Source: a virus (taxonomy: Duplodnaviria > Caudoviricetes). Taken from it: a stretch of 43,105 nt of DNA. The notes below the pieces were generated by a model. The model did no database searches. It was not told the DNA's origin and saw only the letters and a program-made list of their open reading frames with translations. Both the position numbers and the translations under genes were made by a program. This document shows positions 6,960-15,649 of the stretch, in pieces; position 1 is the first letter of the stretch, and each line of letters begins with the position of its first letter. Location of the stretch: positions 1 through 43,105 of the IMG/VR virus record IMGVR_UViG_3300037515_000245; one strand, written 5' to 3'.

Positions 6960-8408
6960 ATGTCATTCACTCCGACTGAGGAGCAGGTCGCCATTATAAC
7001 GGCAGCCCGCGACACCACCGACAACCTCGCAGTCATTGCGCGAGCGGGTGCTGCGAAAACAACCACACTCGTAATGATCGCCGAGGCCCTTCCCGCCGTC
7101 GATATTCTTTGCCTCGCCTTCAACAAGAAAATCGCAGAGGAAATGACTACGCGCCTGCCTCGAAACTGCGAAGCAAAAACCCTTCACAGCCTCGGTTACA
7201 GCGCTTGGCGCCAATTCGTCAGCGGGCGGTCGAAACTCGACGAGCGCAAATGTTTCGGCCTTCTCAAATCCCGCATCGAGACGCTCGACCCCGAAGACCG
7301 TTCGGCGGCCTACGAGTCGATGGCCGAAACCCTCGAGATAATTCGCACCGCCAAATCCGCCGGCTATCTGCCGGAAAGCTACAAAGGCCACTGGAAGCCG
7401 CTGATCGGCGACCGTGACTTCTTCGACGGCCTCCCGATGGAGCCGAGTCTGCTGCAAGAACAACTCGTCCAAATCGTCCTAGTCGACAGCTTCAAACTTG
7501 CCCTCGACGGAACACTCGATTTTGATGACATGATTTACTGCCCCGCTCTTTGCTCCGTTTCGTGGCCAGCGCCGAAACTCACCCTGATCGACGAGGCTCA
7601 GGACCTCAGCCCGATCAACCACCACATTCTCAAGAAGATCGTAAAGTCCCGCAGGATCATTGCCGTGGGAGACCCCTGCCAGGCTATCTATGGCTTCCGA
7701 GGGGCGCTTGAAAAGTCCATGGAAAACCTCATCCGGCTCTTTTCTATGAAGGAGTTGAAGCTGACTATCAGCTTCCGCTGCGGCTCCCGGATTTGCGAGA
7801 ACGCCCGCTGGCGCGCCCCCGACATGCGCTCCCCAGATTGGGCCAAACCCGGCGAAGTCAAACGACTCATTTCGTGGGAGCCCTCCTTGATCGAGATGGG
7901 CGACGCGATTATCTGCCGTAACAACGCTCCGCTTTTCTCGATGGCAATCCAGTTGATCGAAGCCGACCTCCTCCCCGAGATTGCCGGGCGCGATCTCGCC
8001 GGCCCCCTGACGAAGATCATGAATAAGCTCGGCAAGCCACTGATGCCGCGCGACGACGCCCTCGCCTCCCTCGAACGGTGGAAAGAGAAAGAACTCGCTC
8101 GTGCCCGGCACGGCGCCAAAGGCCAGGTCCACGACAAAGCCCTTTGCATCCAGATCATGCTGCAAAAGACAAAGACACTCGGGGACGCCGTGGCTTACCT
8201 TGCCCATCTGCTTACGCGGGATGGGCGCATCCACCTCATGACGGGGCACAAATCCAAGGGCCTCGAGTTTGATCGCGTTTGGTTCCTCGACCAACAGCTG
8301 TGTGATATAAAGCGTGGACAGGATGCTAACGTGAAATACGTTATCGAGACGCGGGCGAAGAACTTCCTCGCCTACGTTACGTTGGATACTTTCGGAACAG
8401 GAGAATGA
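6960..8408 (+). CDS. UvrD/Rep-like SF1 DNA helicase
   Basis: Q-motif PTEEQ, Walker A ARAGAAKT, LAFNK, TLHS, Walker B IDEAQD, VGDPCQAIYGFRGA, SFRC, TGHKSKGLEF, YVIETRA. Confidence 0.92.
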   Translation: MSFTPTEEQVAIITAARDTTDNLAVIARAGAAKTTTLVMIAEALPAVDILCLAFNKKIAEEMTTRLPRNCEAKTLHSLGYSAWRQFVSGRSKLDERKCFGLLKSRIETLDPEDRSAAYESMAETLEIIRTAKSAGYLPESYKGHWKPLIGDRDFFDGLPMEPSLLQEQLVQIVLVDSFKLALDGTLDFDDMIYCPALCSVSWPAPKLTLIDEAQDLSPINHHILKKIVKSRRIIAVGDPCQAIYGFRGALEKSMENLIRLFSMKELKLTISFRCGSRICENARWRAPDMRSPDWAKPGEVKRLISWEPSLIEMGDAIICRNNAPLFSMAIQLIEADLLPEIAGRDLAGPLTKIMNKLGKPLMPRDDALASLERWKEKELARARHGAKGQVHDKALCIQIMLQKTKTLGDAVAYLAHLLTRDGRIHLMTGHKSKGLEFDRVWFLDQQLCDIKRGQDANVKYVIETRAKNFLAYVTLDTFGTGE

Positions 8409-8409
8409 A

Positions 8410-8598
8410 ATGAACTACCTCGTCTTTCAGGTCGGCTGTATAGAGTGCGGCGTCTCATCTTATCCAATCAAGGTCTGCGAGACCTTGGAGGAGGCACGCG
8501 CCGTAGCCGCCGATCACCCTTCGACGTGGAAATCCGAGGGCGGTGACGGTTACATTACCATCATCGACCTGCAAAATTGCAAGGAGGTCGATAGTTGA
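8410..8598 (+). CDS. Small hypothetical protein with CxxC
   Basis: 62 aa, AGGAG RBS. Confidence 0.6.
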   Translation: MNYLVFQVGCIECGVSSYPIKVCETLEEARAVAADHPSTWKSEGGDGYITIIDLQNCKEVDS

Positions 8599-8645
8599 TA
8601 CGGCTTAGCCCCTTTTGGGCGCCGCCATACAGCAAAACATGATCC

Positions 8646-8674
8646 TTGACAAATCCCACATAATTCGTTAAGAT
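8646..8674 (+). promoter_or_regulatory. Sigma70-like promoter (first of tandem pair)
   Basis: TTGACA-17 bp-TAAGAT. Confidence 0.65.
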
Positions 8675-8699
8675 CATGGCCGAAGCGTCAGATTTGCCA

Positions 8700-8728
8700 T
8701 TGACTTTCCCTCGGTCTGACGTTATATT
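8700..8728 (+). promoter_or_regulatory. Sigma70-like promoter (second of tandem pair)
   Basis: TTGACT-17 bp-TATATT. Confidence 0.65.
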
Positions 8729-8805
8729 ACCTTATCGGCGGCGGCAAGATTGGTTCACTTATCCTCCCCTTGCCCCGCCATAACCCGGTCACACAGGAGC
8801 AACCC

Positions 8806-9297
8806 ATGACCAAACAGATCACTATCCAAGGCGTCCTTGTCGAAGTCACCGAACCCTACGCCGAAGGCCAAACCATCACCGAGGCCGAAGCCAAGGCGCT
8901 GAACCAAGTCCGCGCCGAGAATATCCGCAACAACCGTGCCAAGGCTGTGAAAGACCTGCTCGACGCCGCGAATGGCGACGTTTCGGCGGTCGCCGCGCAA
9001 GTTCAAGCTCTTGTGGCTGAATATGAAACCTCCTACACCTTCTCGATGGCCACCGCCGGCGGCGCCACCGCCAAGGTCGATCCGCTGACGAAAGAATGCC
9101 GCAGCCTGGCCCGCAATTGGATCAGCAACAAACTGCGCGAGAAGGGTATCACGCTCAAGGCCTACAAAGAGGCCAACGGCGAGGATGCGATCGAGAACAA
9201 GGTCATGGAACTGGCCGATCATCCCTCGATCATCGAGGCCGCGAAAAAAGCCCTCAAGGCGCGCGCCAACATGGCCGATCTGGGTGAGATTTCCTGA
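8806..9297 (+). CDS. Hypothetical Ala/Lys-rich helical protein, probably highly expressed
   Basis: AGGAG RBS, tandem promoters upstream, hairpins downstream, strongly biased codons. Confidence 0.8.
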   Translation: MTKQITIQGVLVEVTEPYAEGQTITEAEAKALNQVRAENIRNNRAKAVKDLLDAANGDVSAVAAQVQALVAEYETSYTFSMATAGGATAKVDPLTKECRSLARNWISNKLREKGITLKAYKEANGEDAIENKVMELADHPSIIEAAKKALKARANMADLGEIS

Positions 9298-9303
9298 TGA
9301 TCT

Positions 9304-9379
9304 TCAGGCGGCGGTAATCCTCCGCGCCGCCTGATTGGCAGCCCCTGCTTTCTAGGCGAGTGGGGGCTGCCGCTTTCTT
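9304..9379 (+). terminator. Two tandem hairpins; second is terminator-like
   Basis: TCAGGCGGCG/CGCCGCCTGA (9304-9334); GGCAGCCCC/GGGGCTGCC (9337-9371) followed by GCTTTCTT. Confidence 0.55.
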
Positions 9380-9501
9380 GTGGGTGTCGCGGCTGTGCGA
9401 GAACGATCGGGCGTAGAAGCACTGATCTAGTATGCGGAGCGCTTCTGACGCGGCATCCTCAAGAGAGCGGTAGGTTCGGATGCTTACGAGACGCCGCTCT
9501 C
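9377..9501 (+). ncRNA. Candidate structured noncoding RNA, family unassigned
   Basis: Outer stem CTTG-t-GGGTGTCGCG/CGCGGCATCC-t-CAAG, inner stem GATCGG/CTGATC, loop AGAAGC complementary to GCTTCT; adjacent stem GAGAGCGG/CCGCTCTC. Confidence 0.5.
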
Positions 9502-9524
9502 ACCATCGCATCAAGGGGAACAGT

Positions 9525-9833
9525 ATGCGCACACCTTCTTTTCCGAACGTCACTGTCGTCGGTATGCACTTTCGCGGCGACTACGCGAAAGCCGCCGTTG
9601 AGTCGATGGAGCCGGGCTGCCTTCTTCAGCTCGAGCGGGAGCCCGACAACCGCTTCGACAGCTTTGCTATCAAAGTCCTCTACAACGATCAGCATATCGG
9701 GTATCTCGAAGCCCGCCAAGCCTGCTTCATCGCGCCGTGGATGGACGAGGGCAACGATTTCACCGTCGAAGTCACTTCGCTCGAACAGCGCAAGAACAAC
9801 CTCCACCCTATCGTCAACGTGATGCCTGTCTGA
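9525..9833 (+). CDS. HIRAN domain protein
   Basis: VVGMHFR...LQLEREPDNRFDSFAIKV...HIGYL. Confidence 0.88.
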   Translation: MRTPSFPNVTVVGMHFRGDYAKAAVESMEPGCLLQLEREPDNRFDSFAIKVLYNDQHIGYLEARQACFIAPWMDEGNDFTVEVTSLEQRKNNLHPIVNVMPV

Positions 9834-10030
9834 TGAGCTCCTTTCCGCTCATCGACTTGCTATATCGGGCGGCTAACGCCGAGTTCGGCATCATCGTCGA
9901 AACCTCGGACGTTGAGCGGCTTCGCCAAAAACTCTACACCGAGCGGAAGAAAGACCCAGCTCTCGCTAACATTTCCATCAACGTCTCGAGGACGCAACCC
10001 GAAACTCAACTATGGATCGTGAAGAAATGA
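9833..10030 (+). CDS. Hypothetical protein (MSSFPLIDLL...)
   Basis: TGATG coupling to HIRAN gene. Confidence 0.65.
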   Translation: MSSFPLIDLLYRAANAEFGIIVETSDVERLRQKLYTERKKDPALANISINVSRTQPETQLWIVKK

Positions 10031-10221
10031 AAGCAGATATTCACAAACACACGCTGAACCTCCGAATGGGCGATTGGGATTACCTCGAGAGTTTGTTCAA
10101 GCCGAACGGCATCGCGACGTCTGTTGCCGTTCGCACCATCGTCAGTAACTACGTGGACAAAAAGCGCCTCGAGGAGCAGCGCACGGTGCCCTTCACGGCT
10201 AGTAATTTGGGGGAACTATGA
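10027..10221 (+). CDS. Hypothetical protein, possible ribbon-helix-helix
   Basis: KHTLNL strand followed by two predicted helices; ATGA coupling. Confidence 0.55.
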   Translation: MKADIHKHTLNLRMGDWDYLESLFKPNGIATSVAVRTIVSNYVDKKRLEEQRTVPFTASNLGEL

Positions 10222-10406
10222 GCGACATTACTGAGCTTTTCATGCGCGACCCGCTGAAGCTAACGGATACGGATATTTCCGGTATCATTCAGTATTATCG
10301 GGACAACCGCAAACTCTTCAACGCGCCTGTTGCGGCGGCAAAGCCCACGGCGGCGAAGAAAGTCGATCCTCGACTGTCCGGGTTGAAAATCGACTTGGAG
10401 TTGTGA
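10218..10406 (+). CDS. Hypothetical protein
   Basis: 62 aa, GGGGG RBS, coupled. Confidence 0.65.
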   Translation: MSDITELFMRDPLKLTDTDISGIIQYYRDNRKLFNAPVAAAKPTAAKKVDPRLSGLKIDLEL

Positions 10407-10567
10407 TGCGACAGTATCTCATCGAGCGGCGAGACCGCGACAACCACCGCCTTATCAGCCAGACGCTGGTTTGGGCTCGAGATGAGGCCGAGGCACTCCG
10501 TAACGCCGGCGACCTGCAGCCCCTGAGCAATTTGGAATACCATCGCGTCGCCCTCATTCAGGAATAA
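10406..10567 (+). CDS. Small hypothetical protein (53 aa, MRQYLIERR...)
   Basis: TGATG coupling, GGAG RBS, fills gap to next gene. Confidence 0.55.
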   Translation: MRQYLIERRDRDNHRLISQTLVWARDEAEALRNAGDLQPLSNLEYHRVALIQE

Positions 10568-10570
10568 CCC

Positions 10571-12391
10571 ATGCAGAAACGCTCTTTCAAAGATGGCAAG
10601 CAATTTGCCTGGGATGCCACGTCGATTGAACTCGCGCAGACGTGTTTGCGGAAATACTATTACAGCATGATCCGCTGTGTTAAGCCGCGCACACAGTCCG
10701 TTCATCTTCTTTTCGGCGGCATCTACGCTTCGGCGCTGCAGCACTTCTACATCTTTCGTTTCGCGGGAGATGAGATCGACGTGGCACTCGGAAAAGTTGT
10801 CCGCCAAGCCCTGGTAGACTCGTGGGATTTCGACGCAGGCCACCCGAGGGTTTTTGATGATCCGAAAAAGACTCGGGCCGCGCTGATCCGCACCATCGTC
10901 TGGTATGTGGAACAATTCGGGATTGAGTCCGAAGACGGCCTGCAAACCTACCAGCTTCAGTCTGGCAAACCTGCCGTCGAGCTTTCCTTCACCGTCGAGC
11001 TGACCGATGATATTCTTCTTTGTGGCCACCTCGATCGCGTCGTGACGATGGGAGATCATTTATATGTGATGGACCAAAAGGCGCAGCCATTAACCGCAAA
11101 AGTGCTAACACTAACTGGTTGGCGGGAAATCGGCGCTCTTCATATGGGAGATTTGATCGCCACGCAATCTGGCGAATTTGTTCCAGTATCTGCGTTGCAT
11201 CCAAAAGGAATGACTAAGGTTTATCGTGTATTTTTCAATGATAAAACTCACGTCGATTGTGCCGAGGATCATCTGTGGAATGTGGCAACGCAGTTTAATT
11301 CCTCATTCAAAACCATACCATTTACAGAAATTTTGCATAAAAAGCCGCATATAAAATATCATGTGCCGCTTTGCTCTCCTATTCAGCATTCAGAAATTGA
11401 GTTGCCGCTGCATCCTTACCTTCTCGGCGTTCTTCTTGGCGATGGTTATCTGGCAGGCAATTCCATTCAATTATCTTCCACCAAAACTTGGTTGGTAGAC
11501 CGCGTGCTTGAGTTGTTGCCTCCCGGCGAGAAAATGAAAAAGGCATCTATTTACAATAATTCGTGGACCATTTCAGGTGGAGTTACGTTGTCGGCTATAA
11601 GAAAACTTGGCCTCTATGGCCATAAATCTTACACAAAATTTGTGCCGGATATTTATATGTTTAGTTCGCCCGAACAACGGCGAGCCCTCCTCGATGGCCT
11701 TCTAGACACCGACGGGAGCTGGAATGGCAAACATCGAATTTTTGATAGTAATTCTTTGCGACTAGCTCGAGCCGTTTGTGAGCTAACTCGCTCTCTCGGA
11801 GGAACGGCACGTTATCGTGATCGTGGAGATACGGCATGGCGCGTAAGTCTGAGACTACCGGACTTGCCTGCGGGAGTAGGAAAACGATATATCACTGCTA
11901 TAAAGCAGCAAGAAAATGCCGAGACTATGTGTATCAGTGTGGACCATCCTTCGGGGCTCTACATCACGGAAAATCATACAGTTACACATAATACGACTGG
12001 CGGCACGGTCGGCACTTACTACTTCAACCAATTCTCCCCGCACAACCAAATGTCCGGTTACAGCTTCGCGGGACAGGCCGTTCTTCGCGCGCCTATCCGC
12101 GGCGTTATCATCGACGCCGCCCAGATTGCCGTTAACTTCACACGCTTCGAGCGTGGTATCACCACGCGGTCAAAAGACCAGCTTCTGGAATGGCGGGAGT
12201 CGGCTCTCGATACTATCGAACGCGCTCGGCACGCCAGCGAAGTCGATAAGTGGCCGATGAACGCGGCCTCGTGTGGGAACTACGGCGGGTGCCCATTCCG
12301 CTCAATCTGCGCGAGCGCGCCGCAAGTCCGCGAGAACTATCTCAAATCGGATTTCGTCGAGCATATCTGGGATCCCCTGGAGGCACGCTGA
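10571..12391 (+). CDS. Cas4-like / RecB-family PD-(D/E)XK exonuclease containing an intein
   Basis: N-terminal Cys (TCLRKYYY), VELSF, GHLDRV, DQK|T, QMSGY, C-terminal CGNYGGCPFRSIC (4-Cys Fe-S staple pattern). Confidence 0.88.
   Translation: MQKRSFKDGKQFAWDATSIELAQTCLRKYYYSMIRCVKPRTQSVHLLFGGIYASALQHFYIFRFAGDEIDVALGKVVRQALVDSWDFDAGHPRVFDDPKKTRAALIRTIVWYVEQFGIESEDGLQTYQLQSGKPAVELSFTVELTDDILLCGHLDRVVTMGDHLYVMDQKAQPLTAKVLTLTGWREIGALHMGDLIATQSGEFVPVSALHPKGMTKVYRVFFNDKTHVDCAEDHLWNVATQFNSSFKTIPFTEILHKKPHIKYHVPLCSPIQHSEIELPLHPYLLGVLLGDGYLAGNSIQLSSTKTWLVDRVLELLPPGEKMKKASIYNNSWTISGGVTLSAIRKLGLYGHKSYTKFVPDIYMFSSPEQRRALLDGLLDTDGSWNGKHRIFDSNSLRLARAVCELTRSLGGTARYRDRGDTAWRVSLRLPDLPAGVGKRYITAIKQQENAETMCISVDHPSGLYITENHTVTHNTTGGTVGTYYFNQFSPHNQMSGYSFAGQAVLRAPIRGVIIDAAQIAVNFTRFERGITTRSKDQLLEWRESALDTIERARHASEVDKWPMNAASCGNYGGCPFRSICASAPQVRENYLKSDFVEHIWDPLEAR
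11081..11992 (+). mobile_element. Intein (304 aa), Ala1 class 3-type, with LAGLIDADG homing endonuclease
   Basis: Starts AQPL, block B EDHLW, block F TMCISV, block G YITENHTVTHN|T; LLGVLLGDG and LLDGLLDTDG motifs; visibly AT-richer than flanks. Confidence 0.92.
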
Positions 12392-12615
12392 TGGGCCGCA
12401 CGATAGTTACATCAGCTCGGGCGTATTGGAAAGACAACCAGTCCCGCTATCCTTTCCAAACCACTGCTCCGATAAATGATCCAAGCCCACACGACTTCGA
12501 CGCCGCGCATATCCTCTTCAGCGACTTTATCGTTTGTCCTTTCGATGGAGTGGCGTATTGGGGCTTCGAGCACGCGGCCGATTTGGAAATGTTTCTTGCC
12601 AGGAAAAAGCCATGA
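12391..12615 (+). CDS. Hypothetical protein (MGRTIVTS...)
   Basis: TGATG coupling, GGAGG RBS. Confidence 0.65.
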   Translation: MGRTIVTSARAYWKDNQSRYPFQTTAPINDPSPHDFDAAHILFSDFIVCPFDGVAYWGFEHAADLEMFLARKKP

Positions 12616-13397
12616 CCTCCGCCACGAACCACAAAACCTCAGACTTCGTGAAACTTCTTTTCATCGGCAACTCCGGCGCCGGAAAAACAGGCGCCCTTAC
12701 CTCCCTCGTCAAAGCCGGTTACGAGCTCCGTATCATCGACCTCGACAGCGGCCTCGACGCCCTCATCAACCACGTCATCGAGGCCGATCCGAAACTTCTC
12801 TCGAAGATCGAGTATCAGACCTTCCGCGACAAGATGAAAATGACTTCGATAGGGCCACAAGTATCGGGCTCGCCGAAAGCCTACGTCAATACTCTGACGG
12901 CGCTTGAGCGGTGGCCCGACGATCAATCGGACCCTGCCGCCTGGGGCGCCAAGAAAATCCTCGTTATCGACTCGATGACAAACCTTGGCCGCGCAGCCTT
13001 TCTGTGGGCGAAAGCCGCCAACCCCTCCTCGAAAGACCCGCGACAGTGGTTTAAGACCGCCCAGGACCTGATCGAAGACCTCATCGCCAACGTCACCTCC
13101 GACGCTTTCGAGACGAACGTGATTATCATTTCTCACGTCGAACTCGTCACGATGAATGACAATTCAGTCAAGGGCTTCGCCTCCTCTATCGGCAAGGCCC
13201 TCGGCCCGAAAATTCCCCGCTTCTTCAATACGCTGCTTCTGTCAGAAACAGCCGGCAGTGGCAAGACCGTAAAGCGGCGGATTAAGACCTACCCAACCTC
13301 GATGATCGACCTCAAGAACCCTGCCCCGATGCGTATCGAGGCCGAGTATCCGATCGAAACGGGGTTGGCCGACCTGTTCAGGCTTCTCAAAGCCTGA
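12612..13397 (+). CDS. Sak4-like / AAA_24 ATPase (ssDNA-annealing recombinase family)
   Basis: Walker A GNSGAGKT, IIDLDSG, Walker B LVIDS, IISH; between exonuclease and SSB-like gene. Confidence 0.8.
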   Translation: MTSATNHKTSDFVKLLFIGNSGAGKTGALTSLVKAGYELRIIDLDSGLDALINHVIEADPKLLSKIEYQTFRDKMKMTSIGPQVSGSPKAYVNTLTALERWPDDQSDPAAWGAKKILVIDSMTNLGRAAFLWAKAANPSSKDPRQWFKTAQDLIEDLIANVTSDAFETNVIIISHVELVTMNDNSVKGFASSIGKALGPKIPRFFNTLLLSETAGSGKTVKRRIKTYPTSMIDLKNPAPMRIEAEYPIETGLADLFRLLKA

Positions 13398-13500
13398 CAA
13401 CCATCGCGCCTTTTAATGCCTGATGAGGTTAATTCCGAGGGACGCTTCGGGGCGCGAACTCATCTAAACCAGCGGGACGCCGCTTTCTCAGGAGACGAAA

Positions 13501-13968
13501 ATGAACTTTTCGCAAGCACTTACTACGAAACTCGAGGACATCAAGCGCCCGCCCGTGATGCCGGTTGGCAACTACGCGTGGCTGGTGACGAAGCACCCCG
13601 AACTCGACGCCATCGAAAGCCAGAAGAACGGGATCACCTACGACCGCGTGACTTTCCTTCTCAGCTGCGTTTCGGCGTCGGACGACGTTGATACAGACGA
13701 TCTGGCCGAATACGGCAACGTCCAGGGGCAAATCCAGCGCAAAGTGTTCATGTTCGCGAACGGCGACGAGAACAAGGCCAACTACGACCGCACGATGTTC
13801 GACCTGCGGCGGTTCCTCGGCCACCTCGGCGTTGACGAGTCGCTGTCGTTGGGCGAGGCGCTCGCTGCCTCCGTCAACCAGCAGTGCCTCGGCGAGCTGA
13901 AGCACCGCCCGGACCCGTCGAACCCCGAGATCATCTACGCGGAAATCGGGCGGACTTCTGGGCTGTGA
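13501..13968 (+). CDS. SSB-like protein (DUF669-type OB fold)
   Basis: PVGNY motif near N-terminus, beta-rich; canonical position after Sak4-like gene. Confidence 0.6.
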   Translation: MNFSQALTTKLEDIKRPPVMPVGNYAWLVTKHPELDAIESQKNGITYDRVTFLLSCVSASDDVDTDDLAEYGNVQGQIQRKVFMFANGDENKANYDRTMFDLRRFLGHLGVDESLSLGEALAASVNQQCLGELKHRPDPSNPEIIYAEIGRTSGL

Positions 13969-13978
13969 TATGAAGTTG

Positions 13979-14010
13979 GAGGGGCCATTCTCGGCCCCTT
14001 CATTTATATT
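13979..14010 (+). terminator. Intrinsic terminator-like hairpin
   Basis: GAGGGGCC-attctc-GGCCCCTT followed by T-rich run. Confidence 0.55.
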
Positions 14011-14022
14011 TTGGAGGGACCG

Positions 14023-14313
14023 ATGAAAGATTACGAAGGACTACAGACGGTGCTGAATTTGGCCCTCTCCCAGGCGGCGGAAGGTAAAGGCAAACAGCGC
14101 CACGCGAACGATCTTCCGTTCTCGCAGCAACCGTTGATGCAGATCAGCCGGATGGTCGGCCCCGGCTTTCCGCTCGGCCAGGCTATCAAGAAATCACAAG
14201 AAGCGTTTGGAATGCTCGGGCGCCGTCAGCGGCAAGCTGCACAGGCTGAGCTTCTCGGCGCCATCAACTACCTCGCCGCCGCCTACCTTTTGATTGAGGA
14301 AAAATCCAAATGA
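14023..14313 (+). CDS. Conserved-looking all-helical phage protein (QAAEGKGKQRHA...ELLGAINY)
   Basis: GGAGG RBS; pattern seen in phage nucleotide-metabolism regions; function not assignable. Confidence 0.75.
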   Translation: MKDYEGLQTVLNLALSQAAEGKGKQRHANDLPFSQQPLMQISRMVGPGFPLGQAIKKSQEAFGMLGRRQRQAAQAELLGAINYLAAAYLLIEEKSK

Positions 14314-15611
14314 CCTCTGGCGTTTTTACTTCCATCGCCATCGCTTCCGTCATAGTCAACCGCGACGAGCGGCAGCGGAAAAATCTCGACCACATCGAAG
14401 AGCTCGCAGCGTCGATCAAAGAAAACGGCCTTATCAACCCTATCGTTATCACCCGAGATGGGATACTCGTTGCCGGGGAACGCCGCCTCACCGCGCATAA
14501 GATGCTCGGTTACGAGTTTATCTCGGCCCAATTCATCGACGACCTCGAGCCGCTGCAACTCCACCTGATCGAGCTGGAAGAAAACGTGCGCCGCGATGAT
14601 CTCTCGTGGCAGGATCACGTCAACGCGGTAGCTACTTACCACACGTTGAAACTCCAATCCGAGCCGAAGTGGTCGCAAGACCAAACCGCCGATGCACTGA
14701 ATATGAGCAAAACCCACGTCAGCCGCCACCTGATGGTTAAGCAGGCGATGGATGAGGGCGTGCCGGAAGTGCGTGACGCGCAGAAACTTTCCGTCGCCGC
14801 CAACTTCGCACAGCGGTTGCAAGAACGGCGCAAGACAGCAGTCTTACGCGAACTCCGTCAGGAGAGTCAGCCGGCGCCAGCGAAGTCAGCCGATGAACCG
14901 GAACTCAATCTCGAGGCGCCCTCGATCCAATCCGTCACGCGCTACGCAGAAATCCTCAACACCAACTTCACTGATTGGGCCAAGGAAGTCCGAGACCAGC
15001 CTTACAACCTCGTCCATTGCGACTTCCCCTACGGGATCAACGCGGGAGACACGTCAGGCCAATCCGGCGCCAAAACTATGGGCGGCTACGACGACAAGCC
15101 GGAAGTCTACTTCAACCTGCTGAAAACCCTTGTCACCATGCAGGACCGTTTCATCGCACCTTCGGCTCACCTGATCTTCTGGTATTCGATGAAATTCTAC
15201 GGCGACACGGTGCAAATTCTTCGCGAGGCCGGATGGCGCGTGGACGACTTCCCGCTCGTCTGGTTGCGTAGCGACAACAGCGGAATTATCCCCGACCCGA
15301 ACCGCGGCCCTCGGCGGGTTTACGAAACCGCCCTCTTCTGTGTCCGCGGCGATCGTAAGGTAGTCAAGCCGATAGGAAACGCCGTCGCAGCCGCTACGAC
15401 GAAAAACTTCCACATGAGTGAGAAACCGACGCTAATGCTCGAGCACTTTTTCCGCATGGTTGTGGACGAAACGACTGTGATGCTCGACCCTACCTGCGGC
15501 TCGGGTAACGCTGTGAAGGTGGCCGAGGCGCTCGGCGCGAATTGGTCCACCGGCCTTGAACTCGATCCAGATTTCGCGGCGCGGGCTAAGACGAACCTCG
15601 ATCTGGACTGA
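14310..15611 (+). CDS. ParB N-terminal domain fused to N6A/N4C DNA methyltransferase (beta order)
   Basis: LAASIKENGLINPI...LVAGERRL...ELEENVRR; motif IV variant CDFPY; EKP; motif I LDPTCGSG; GLELD. Confidence 0.85.
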   Translation: MTSGVFTSIAIASVIVNRDERQRKNLDHIEELAASIKENGLINPIVITRDGILVAGERRLTAHKMLGYEFISAQFIDDLEPLQLHLIELEENVRRDDLSWQDHVNAVATYHTLKLQSEPKWSQDQTADALNMSKTHVSRHLMVKQAMDEGVPEVRDAQKLSVAANFAQRLQERRKTAVLRELRQESQPAPAKSADEPELNLEAPSIQSVTRYAEILNTNFTDWAKEVRDQPYNLVHCDFPYGINAGDTSGQSGAKTMGGYDDKPEVYFNLLKTLVTMQDRFIAPSAHLIFWYSMKFYGDTVQILREAGWRVDDFPLVWLRSDNSGIIPDPNRGPRRVYETALFCVRGDRKVVKPIGNAVAAATTKNFHMSEKPTLMLEHFFRMVVDETTVMLDPTCGSGNAVKVAEALGANWSTGLELDPDFAARAKTNLDLD

Positions 15612-15620
15612 AGAAAGAAA

Positions 15621-15649
15621 TTGACTATAAGTAGGTATGGTTGTATCCT
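15621..15649 (+). promoter_or_regulatory. Sigma70-like promoter for polymerase operon
   Basis: TTGACT-17 bp-TATCCT. Confidence 0.6.

Noticed and set aside
9377-9501. tRNA or tmRNA
   Set aside because: No cloverleaf, no correctly placed T-loop and no CCA end
9829-9845. Hammerhead core CTGATGAG at HIRAN gene end
   Set aside because: Just a TGATG stop/start overlap; no GAAA partner or stems
10571-12391. CRISPR-Cas system (Cas4)
   Set aside because: No array, cas1 or cas2; the exonuclease-Sak4-SSB context indicates a phage recombination module
13419-13445. Third hammerhead at CTGATGAG
   Set aside because: The short stem is followed by GAGG, not GAAA, and stems I/III cannot be built
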